Shown here: positions 41,837 through 51,800 of the stretch, piece after piece
Numbering within the stretch: position 1 is the first letter of the stretch
Layout: the number at the start of each line of letters is the position of its first letter
Source: Squalus acanthias
Lineage: Eukaryota
DNA length: 64,000 nucleotides
NCBI GenBank assembly: GCA_030390025.1
Contig: CM059431.1
Location: 136,588,001 to 136,652,000, forward strand
Reading direction: 5' to 3'
Position numbers and translations under genes: made by a program
The notes under the pieces: generated by a model
Database searches by the model: none
Told to the model about the DNA's origin: nothing
The model's input: the letters and a program-made list of their open reading frames with translations, nothing else

Positions 41837-41854
41837 TGACGACCGCGGCAGGAC
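41837..41854 (+). promoter_or_regulatory. Primer binding site, tRNA-Arg(UCG)-type
   Basis: TGACGACCGCGGCAGGAC lies 4 nt after the LTR. It matches 17/18 to TGGCGACCGCGGCAGGAC, the complement of the 3' end of vertebrate tRNA-Arg-TCG (recalled from memory). Confidence 0.85.
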
Positions 41855-41907
41855 TTTGGCGAAAGGGTTGTGAAGTAGTAAATGGTGGTTTTGAGTTGAG
41901 AACAAAA

Positions 41908-43659
41908 ATGGAAGAGAGAATGTCATCCTATGTATATAAAAAAGTAAATATCACCAAGAAATGGGTCCTCAGGCTGTTGCATGCTGAACGTCCTATGGAC
42001 GCTGCAGCTGCCTGGGCTGAGAGCAAGGAATACAATAAGTCTGTGCAGAAAGCCATATGGTTGGTCTGCTCCCACAAACAAATGCAGCTTATGGGGAAGC
42101 GCATTCAGGCTCTCACAGAAGAGCTAAAGGAAGAGAGCCAACTGTCCCGTGCCAGAGCAAAAGCAGGGGATAGGTTGTCAGCAGAGCTCGGCACAAAAGA
42201 TCAGGAACAGTCACAGATGCTGGAGGAACACCGTGCCAGTAAGGGATACCTCCAGTGTCAGGCCACCGAGGCCAAAAGTAGTGAACTGGCATTGCGGGAA
42301 GAGAACATCCGCCTTGCCAACCAATTAAGGGAACTCACAGAGAAGTGAAACGATGTTAAGGCAGCCTACAGAGTAGCCAGTACAAGGGAGTTTGAGGTAG
42401 GGGACCACGGCTCCTGTCAGAAGCAGATTGAGAGTCTGAACCTTGCTCTGTCCAAGACAAAAGGCATGTCGTGCCTGATAAGCCCGGGTGCGGCCCAAGC
42501 AGACCTGGAGGAGCAGGAGGAGACTGTTCGACTACCACGTGTGGCGCCAAGGAGAAGCTTGGTTAGGCAGCAGGAGGGGCAGACAATCTGTGAGGCTGAC
42601 AGGGAGTGCACACCAGCACCTGTGGCGCCGAGTTTTGACTCGGTCTGGCAACAGGGAGAGGGGGGCGAACCGATGCAGGAGAAGTCGGAGCCAGGGCCAA
42701 TGTGCCCAGCACGACAGCAAAAATTCGGCCCGCCCGCCGGTGGTGGAGGTCAGGGACCCCTTGAAAGTCAATTCTTGGCTCCCCACGTTACACAACAGCT
42801 TAGGGCTATGGTAAGCCACCTGAGTAAACTTACCCAAAAGGAAAACCCCTCAGTCCACTTCATGGAGGTGGAGCAATCAGCAGGCCTCAACCATTTTGAC
42901 GATGCCGAAATGGCAAAATTGCTCCTGTTCTCATTAGATGGCAAATTGTACCAGTCACTCTCGACTGAGAGCAAGAGAGGACAGAACGGATATGCTGCCG
43001 TCAGGGAGGAAGTTTTAGAGGCCATGGGAATGAATGAGGGAAGGCCTTTCTCCCGGATGGAGGAAACAGTGCAGCTCGCAGGGGACACCCCACAGGCTTT
43101 CGCAGGCAGGCTGTGGCCGGTGTACAGGGGTGCTTGTAATGGGGCTCTCGACAGGGCTAACCTGAACAGGGACGAGCTGGCCCACTGGCTCCGTAGCCTA
43201 GTGGCAAACAGCTTGCCACGAGTCAAAGCCAAGGCTGAGCTTTGGTTTGACCCAAGTGAGCCCCGGGTCACCGAGGAGGCAGTGGTCAGGCAACTGACCC
43301 TAGCCTACCGGAACGGTAGGGGAGCTGAAGACACCCCACCGAAAGGGAAGGTGCATGAGATAAAGCCCAGTCAGGATAAGAAGGAGTGGCACCAGGAAGG
43401 TGGTAAACCTTCCGACACGAAGCGTAACTGCTTCGGGTGCGGGAAGAGGGGGCATTGGAGAAAGGACTGTAGAAATCCCTGGAAGGATATGCTAACAAAG
43501 AATTCCCCAGCTTTCGCCCCAAAAGAAGAGGCACCGACCTCTTCCCCCACACTGGACACAATAGTAGCGGCCATCAGAGTCCTGCTTGGTGGCCCAGGGA
43601 AGTTAGCTACAGCCACTGGCGCATTCATTCCATCTGCCCCCCCTAAAGCAGACCTATGA
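41908..43659 (+). pseudogene. gag: Gag polyprotein (~583 codons) with N-terminal coiled coil and C-terminal CCHC zinc knuckle; one in-frame stop
   Basis: ORFs 41836-42348 and 42466-43659 share one frame, separated only by TGA at 42346-42348. AAAATGG start context at 41908. CFGCGKRGHWRKDC at 43429-43470. Confidence 0.88.
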
Positions 43660-44614
43660 CTAGAACCAGCGCAGGCTGTCTACCTGTGTTCCCCGGGATA
43701 CGATGTTAAGAAGGGGGTGGAGAATGTTGGGGAGATGTTTGGTGGACACCGGAGCTGCCAGCACGGTGGTCCATTCAGAAGACCTGACCAATTCACCCAG
43801 GTTTAACGGGGTCCCCTACAGTTTAATGGGAATCAAAGGGAACGAGCAGGCTGGGGCAATGTCCAAACGTTTGGACATAGATTTAGGATCCCTCCATACC
43901 ACGTGAGAGGGTAACCAAAAGGCGGACAAGTTGGCCAAGCATGGGGCCAGGGAAGGAGAGTTATGGGATCCCTATAAAGCAGGCCCGGTAGCTGCAATCC
44001 GGGACAAGGGAGGCACACAGGGGGTAGATTTGCCCCCGGACTTAAAGCAGGTCCAAGCCCAGAATCACGTCTTTAAGGCCAGCCTGGTAAAGAGAGAGAG
44101 TGGGGAGTCCCTAGAAGTTCCGTTCAGGGCAGAGGACGCGATTTTTAAACAGGTTCACTGGCAAGCAGCCAGTAACCTGGGGATTTTGTACTAGAAAAAT
44201 GGGCTGCTGTTAGAACCCCAGAGAACCCACGAGTGGGAGATTGACCAATGCAAACTGCTTAAACCTAAAAGGGAACAGCCGGCAAAGGTGGACTGCCCCC
44301 AAGTTAGAAATCGTCAGCCAGCCGCAGCTGTGGCAGACGCACAAGGTGAAGCGGGACGGACAGTGTGTTGTCTCACAGGAGAGAACACTCCACCGCTTAT
44401 GTGGGTCTCAAGCACACCCCCAGTGGCCAGAGCCCTAGAAGGTCTCCACGCACACCACAGCAAAGGCTACTGTGGCCACAGGTGTATCTGTTTCGAGGGT
44501 CCCACCCAAAGAGGGTTGCAATCCGAAGAAGAGCGCCCAAGAGCAGGGAGCGTTCTAAAGTTCGGGATTCCCAGCCTACAGCCTCCAACATTGAGGTTTT
44601 CACAGGAGAGGTAG
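43660..44614 (+). pseudogene. pol: Deleted pro-pol: retropepsin protease, RNase H C-terminal helix, probable integrase-flanking remnants; no RT, no DDE core
   Basis: CLVDTGAASTVV (DTG at 43745-43753). After TGA at 43904-43906 the same frame reads EGNQKADKLAKHGA. No YxDD, HHCC or DDE motif seen. Confidence 0.8.
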
Positions 44615-45033
44615 TACTGGGAGAAGAGAGAGAGAATGGTCCCCCACCTGCAGCCTCAGGCTGGGAGGAGCCCACAGATATGAACGAGGGTGCTGCAGCC
44701 ACAACAAAGGGGGTAGTGTGCGGCAGCACAGGACGCAGCTGGGATGTTAAGATACCCCCAGCGGTTTTGAGGAAGGCCTTCTGGGTTCGGCGGTACAGGC
44801 CGCACTACACCCAGGTGTACAAGCCATCCAGAGGCCACATAAGGCAGAGACTAAACAGGATTTAACCTGGCCATCCGAAGACGGGCGGCAAATGTACAGA
44901 ACTTTCGGTTTTAAGTAATTGCAGTTTTGGTGGTTATGGGTTATCATTAGTTTAGTTGTTTGTAGAGTTTTTTTTAAGTTTAAGGGCTTGATTAATGATC
45001 CAGCCAGAGAACCTTTCTGGGACATGGATATAT

Positions 45034-45054
45034 GTTTTGTGTGTGCCCCTACAG
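45034..45054 (+). promoter_or_regulatory. Putative env splice acceptor
   Basis: GTTTTGTGTGTGCCCCTACAG ends 13 nt upstream of the signal-peptide ATG at 45068. Confidence 0.5.
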
Positions 45055-45067
45055 AAAGGACTTCGGG

Positions 45068-47419
45068 ATGACAAGGTTTCTGCTCCTGCTCGCCCTGGTA
45101 GGGGTGAGCATCGGTGACCGAGGTGACGTGGAGGACTCCCACATCTATGGGTGCTCAGGAGTGAGAGCACCAGTCGTCACCGCAGGGGGTGGCGAGCGGG
45201 GAGTGGAGGAGCTCGCCATATACTTCCACGAGGGAAGGTGGCCAGGGTGGCTGGGGTCCAACTCTACTAAATACTCCAACCAGCCCGGGTTCACGTACGG
45301 GGAGGCCTCCCTCCCATGCCCCAGAATACAGGTCGTTGCCACAAGGGTCAGTGTCACCGAGGGGAAGCGTGTGTGCCTTACCTGTAAGGGACGAATTCCC
45401 CTGAATAGGTGGTGGTGGCTCAGGAAGCTGAGCAGGGACGCAGGGGACCATACAGCCGACTGGGAAAGATTAGGGAACGACACCCACCGGACAATCACAG
45501 GGACCCAGGGAGGAGTGAGTGTTTGTTGGGATAAGTGGTGGGAGTCGGAACAGGGAGTCTATGTTTGTATGTGGGGATCAGAGGAAGCCTGACCACAGGG
45601 GTATCCATCATCTTCTCCAGCCAATGGCAGGATGCCGGGGAGGGGATAGGGTGGGATTCTAGCCTGCATAGGTGCGTGGTCCCACACATTCCGGTCCCAG
45701 TTAATGCCACTGAACTCGTGGCACACACCCGAAAGCCCCTATCCACGACCCAGGTACCGAAAACCCTGGAAGAAGAGTGCCCTACCACCACTAAGGGACA
45801 AGGGAATGGGTTAGTCCTAGTACCAACCGAAAAGGTAATATACCAGGGGGTACACTATGCAGTAGCTTCAGTAATATTAAACCTCACCGAGGTATACTTA
45901 CCTGAGTGATGTCCTAAGGAGACGGAGCAACTGTACCAGGCCCTGCTAAAGGAAATGTTTAGGAAATGTTACGAATTTGATTTTGCCAATATAGACAAAG
46001 TAGAGCTATACAGAATACAACCTGAGAACCCTATGGGCACGGGTAGACAAAGAAGGGGAGCCTGGAATGATGTCTTCACTGCCTATAGTGCAGGGTCCTC
46101 TGTAATAAATAGCCTGGATGACATGGAATTACAGACACAGATAAATGTTTTAAAAACCCAGTTAAGAAAGATCCTGAAGTATGGGAACACCGTGGTAGGC
46201 TCAGAACTACATGAGGACCAAGCTATGACGGTTAATTTAAAGGAAATTATTGCAGAATTGGAAAGGCATGCCAAAACAGTAAATGCACTCATACGGGAGG
46301 ATAGGAATGCATCGGATCAGGCTGCACAGAATGAGGTGTGTGTGCTGTACGAGGCATGGTAGCTGGGCGAGGGCCGTAGCAACCTGGAGGATTTAAAGCA
46401 AGGTTTAGTCCCCTCCTGGATCAGCAACAAGCACCTTGCAGCCCTCCACCCGTTTAGTAATTCGCTGAGCCCATGCCAATTTCGTTTAGCCTCTGAAGCC
46501 TACCCTGTCCCAATAGATTGTGGGCGTTCAAATCACACTATCATGGGGATAGTAGTGAGAATGCCGGTCATGAATGGGACAGCCCGACCCGTACCGGTAT
46601 ACAGGGTGGAGAACATTGGAGTCATTCAAGGGGGTGCACAAATCCGTTTTACAGCGGTCCCACCTTATGTCATAAAGTGGGAGCACGCCATCACAGGTAC
46701 TGACCTCTCCGGGTGCGGAGCCGGGGTTCACACATAATACTGTGTCCCCAGCACTTGAACGCCTATTCCAAACCACAGTGCGGGTTTAAAGCTGCTGGCG
46801 CACGACTTATCAATTTTACCATGGAGGTGATGGCACACGGCCATTTTCCCCACAGGTAGCATATATAGGGGGTGGGACATATTGTGTCACCACAGGTGCG
46901 TCCCACTACCAGCATGGACACTTCTGGTGTCCGGTAAGTGACAGCAGTTTCTGCTTTAAACCCGAGGCAGAAGTTCAAGTGGCCCAGGAACGGATTGTGC
47001 CCATTTCTGAACCCTACACTGTTCACCTCACTGTAACAGAAAACATCACCAACCTGCAAAAGTATGTGACTTACTTTGGATGTAAAATTCCCCCTCTACC
47101 CAACATCTTACCACCCTACTTAAAGCTGTAGAGATTTCAAAAAAAACATTTCTACACCCTGGAACAGAAAACAGTTGTAATAGCGGCAGAGATTTTGGAT
47201 ATAGTAGTTCCACCCTGGTGGGATATTTTCGAGAATAAAGAGGTGCCTTCCTGGATCAGGATGGCTTTCCATCTTTTGGTGGTCTGCCAGCTCGGGATAA
47301 TTCTCTACCTGCTGTGTACAAAGTGCAGGGGAAGGGACGAGGAGCTCCGCTTCAGACACGAAGGGACTTGGGGAGTGCATCAAAATAAAGGCTATGGCCA
47401 GGGATGGAACGAACCTTGA
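45068..47419 (+). pseudogene. env: Envelope glycoprotein, class I F-type fusion protein with N-terminal Ig-like domain; several stops and frameshifts
   Basis: Signal peptide MTRFLLLLALVGVSIG. Furin site RQRR (46045-46056) followed by GAWNDVFTAYSAGSSVINS and a heptad-like helix. Cys-rich region, NxT/S sequons, and membrane-proximal PPWWDIF. TM segment MAFHLLVVCQLGIILYLLC (~47261-47317). Confidence 0.85.
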
Positions 47420-47692
47420 ATTTTGTCTTTTAATAAAAAAAAATTGTATGTGTGTTGTGTCATTTTTATGATGTGTATGATGTGTTTTTTCCAAGCTGTG
47501 CAGGGGTGTCGGACCCTCTCCGTGCTTGGATGTGAAATAAAGATTGATTCTTACCTGTATGTACCTGAAACACCACTTTCAAAAGGGGAATGAATGTTTG
47601 GGTTTTTAGTTTAGGTAATACAGGGGAAGGTTTGTTTTCGGGGATCGTAAATTTTGCACACCTGTTAATGATACTAATTCAGTTTTAGTATC

Positions 47693-47703
47693 AAAGTGGG
47701 GGA
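47693..47703 (+). promoter_or_regulatory. Polypurine tract
   Basis: AAAGTGGGGGA immediately before the TG of the 3' LTR. Confidence 0.85.
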
Positions 47704-48885
47704 TGTAGGCTTCGCAAAATCCCCCAGAAACTCGAACAGAGCCCTAAAGGGAGTGATTTTTGGACTTTCAATACAAACTTGGGATGATGGGGCCTAAGTG
47801 AAGTGAATTGATGTAAAAACCTAAAGATCAGGGTAGAAAAAACCTGGGGAAACTGATTTTTTTGAATCTTACTGTTGGGAGAGACACCTTTCACAGACAC
47901 AAGCTGCGAGGGGCGTGGCCGGGCAGTGAACAAATCAAGCTGTCTGGGAATTGTTTACACTAAAAATCCTACCCAGGTGCAAGAGACAAAGCAAAAACTC
48001 ACAAACACATTCAAATATGAATCCCAGGGGCAAACAAAAACTGGAAATCTAAAAACGATTCAATGACAATATAACTTCGATCACACAGTTTCACAGCCAT
48101 TATCCCATCAAAAAAACAATCAACCGGGTATCCACAGAACAGATTTAAATGCCCGCCAACAGACCTAGAACAATAGGGTGGAGATTTGGCACGTAGATAA
48201 GGCTGTGTTTAAATCGGAAAACGATCAAACCATGTTTAACACTGAGCAAAAACCATCGGAACTGGAAAGCCCGCCAAAAACTAGACAATTGGACGAAGCA
48301 AGGTTGATTTTGCAAATAAAAGGAATTCGTTTTAGGAAGGGATATTTGGGCGCAAAAAAGAAACAGTATAATTTGAAAGCCTGTGCCATAATCTCTCTCT
48401 CTTTCGGAAAGTGCTGACGACGTGGACACAGCTCTCACGCTGCTCCAGCAAAACCTACCACAAGCCACGAGGAAGAAGGCCAGCACGCAAGAAGAAACCA
48501 GAGCGACTGTCTGAGTGACCATCAGACACCTCGCAGCAACAAGGGCCTTACGGAGTCTTTTTAAACAAAAGACTCTAATACCCTGACAAGTATTCGTTGT
48601 TGAGCATTATCCCTGATCTCCTGAAACCAAAAACCTAGCCAGATAGTGGGATCTTTGGGAGGGATAAGGTTTTGTTTGATATATTGTCATTTCCCTCGCT
48701 TGTACCGTGTGTTCCCCGAATCTGTGTTTAAATAATAAGTGTGTTTCAAGTTTGTTACTTTTTGCTTTTAATGAAGTAAAATTCTTTCATCAGAACCTGT
48801 TTACTGCAATTTTGTTCACAACCCGTAAATAAGTCCAAAGTCTAGGAACCGGAGGGGTGTGGGAGCGATTAAGATACCCCTTACA
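47704..48885 (+). repeat. 3' LTR (1182 bp)
   Basis: TGTAGG...CTTACA. Colinear with the 5' LTR, with scattered substitutions and an ~11-bp indel near 48010. Confidence 0.95.
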
Positions 48886-51800
48886 TCTGTACAGCCCCAT
48901 CCTATTACCCATCTCTGTATAGTCCCATCCTATTATCCATGGCAGTACGGCCCCATCCTTTTAAACATCTCTGTACGGCCCCATCCTATTACCCATCTCC
49001 GTATGGCCCCATCCTATTACCCATCTCTGTACGGCCCCATCCTATTACCCATCTCTGTACAGCCCCATCCTATTACCCATCTCTGTACGGCCCCATCCTA
49101 TTACCCATCTCTGTACGGCCCCACCCTATTACCCATCTCTGTACGGTCCCATCCTATTGCCCATCTCTGTATGGCCCCATCCTATTACCCATCTCTGTAC
49201 GGCACGATCTTATTACCCATCTCTGTACGGCCCCATCCTATTACCCATCTCTGTACGGTCCCATCCTATTACAAATCTCTGTATGGCCCAATCATATTCC
49301 CCATCTCTGTACGGCCCCATCCTATTCCCCATCTCTGTACAGCCCCATCCTATTACCCATCTCTGTATGGCCCCATCCTGTTACCCGTCTCTGTACGGCC
49401 CCATCGTATTACCATCTCCGTACGGCCCACCCTATTACCCATCTCTGTACGGCCCCATCCTATTACCCATCTCAGTACGGCCCAATCCTGTTACCCATCT
49501 CATTGGACCCATCCTATTACCCATCTCTTTGGGTCCCATCCTGTTACCCATCTCTGTTCGGCCCCATCCTTTTACCCTTCATTGTACGGCTCCATCCTAT
49601 TACACATCTCTGTGCTTCCCAATCCTATTACCCCTCTCTGTACGCCCCATCCTATCACCAATCTCTGTACTGCCCCATCCTATTAGCCATCTCTGTACGG
49701 CCCCATCCTATTACCCATCTCTGTACAGCCTATCCTATCACCAATCTCTCTACTGCCCCATCCTATTATCCATCTCTGTACGGCCCCATCCTATTACCCA
49801 TCTCTGTACGGCCCCATCCTATTACCCATCTCTGTACGGCCCCACCCTATTACCCATCTCTGTACGGCCCCATCCTATTACCCATCACTGTACGGCCCCA
49901 TCCTATTACCCATCTCTGTACGGCCCCATCCTATTACCCATCTCTGTACAGCCTATCCTATCACCAATCTCTGTACTGCCCCATCCTATTACCCATCTCT
50001 GTACGGCCCCATCATATTACCCATCTCTGTACGTCCCCATCCTATTACCCATCTCTGTACAGCACCACCCTATTACCCATCTCTGTATGGCCCCATCCTA
50101 TTACCCAACTCTGTATGGTCCCATCCTACTACCCATCTCTGTACAGCCCCATCCTATGACCCATCTCTGTATGGCCCCATCCTATTACCCATCTCTGTAC
50201 GGCCCGATCCTATTACCCAACTCTATATGGCCCCACCCTGTTACCCATCTCTGTATGGCCCCATCCTATTACCCATCTCTGTACGGCCACATCCTATTAC
50301 CCATCTCTGTACGCCCCATCCTATTACCCATCTCTTTACGGCCCATCCTATTACACATCTCTTTACGGTCCCATCCTATTGCCCATCTCTGTACGGCCCC
50401 ATCCTATTACCCATCTCTGTACGGCCCCATCCTATTACCCATCTCTGTACGGCCCCACCCTATTACCCATCTCTGTACGGCCCCATCCTATTACCCATCT
50501 CTGTATGGCCCCATCCTATTACCCATCTCTGTAAGGCCACATCCTATTACCCATCTCTGTACGCCCCATCCTATTACCCATCTCTTTACGGCCCATCCTA
50601 TTACACATCTCTTTACGGTCCCATCCTATTGCCCATCTCTGTACGGCCCAATCCTATCACCAATCTCTGTGCGGCCCCATCCTATTACCCATCTCTGTAC
50701 AGCCGATCCTATCACCAATCTCTGTACTGCCCCATCCCATTACCCATCTCTGTACGGCCCCATCATATTACCCATCTCTGTACGTCCCCATCCTATTACC
50801 CATCTCTGTACAGCACCACCCTATTACCCATCTCTGTATGGCCCCATCCTATTACCCAACTCTGTATGGTCCCATCCTACTACCCATCTCTGTACAGCCC
50901 CATCCTATTACCCATCTCTGTATGGCCCCATCCTATTACCCATCTCTGTACGGCCCGATCCTATTACCCAACTCTATACTGCCCCACCCTGTTACCCATC
51001 TCTGTATGGCCCCATCCTATTACCCATCTCTGTAAGGCCCCATCCTATTACCCATCTCTGTACGCCCCATCCTATTACCCATCTCTATACGGCCCATCCT
51101 ATTACACATCTCTTTACGGTCCCAGCCTATAGCTCATCTCTGTACGGCCCCATTCTATTACCCATCTCTGTACGGCCCCATCCTATTACCCATCTATGTA
51201 CAGCCCCATCCTATTACCCATCTCTGTACAGCCCCATCCTATTACCCATCTCTGTACGGCCCCATCCTATTACCCATCTCTGTACGGCCCCATCCTATTA
51301 CCCATCTCTGTACAGCCTATCCTATCACCAATCTCTGTACTGCCCCATCCTATTACCCATCTCTGTACGGCCCCATCATATTACCCATCTCTGTACGTCC
51401 CCATCCTATTACCCATCTCTGTACAGCACCACCCTATTACCCATCTCTGTATGGCCCCATCCTATTACCCAACTCTGTATGGTCCCATCCTACTACCCAT
51501 CTCTGTACAGCCCCATCCTATTACCCATCTCTGTATGGCCCCATCCTATTACCCATCTCTGTACGGCCCGATCCTATTACCCAACTCTATATGGCCCCAC
51601 CCTGTTACCCATCTCTGTATGGCCCCATCCTATTACCCATCTCTGTAAGGCCCCATCCTATTACCCATCTCTGTACGCCCCATCCTATTACCCATCTCTT
51701 TACGGCCCATCCTATTGCACATCTCTTTACGGTCCCATCCTATTGCCCATCTCTGTACGGCCCCATCCTATTACCCATCTCTGTACGGCCCCATCCTATT

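Larger units (their letters stand above)
40663..48885 (+). mobile_element. Defective LTR retroelement / endogenous retrovirus (lokiretrovirus-like): LTR-PBS-gag-pro-deleted pol-env-PPT-LTR
   Basis: Paired ~1.17-kb direct repeats with TG...CA ends, tRNA-Arg PBS, PPT, CCHC knuckle, DTG protease, RNase H tail, and a signal peptide/furin/TM glycoprotein. LTR-element status is firm; the family assignment is inference. Confidence 0.92.

Noticed and set aside
41837..46362. APOBEC-like G-to-A hypermutation (PBS TGG>TGA; stops at 43904, 45907, 46360 that could derive from TGG)
   Set aside because: Ancestral codons are unknown except in the PBS, the dinucleotide contexts are inconsistent, and there are too few sites.
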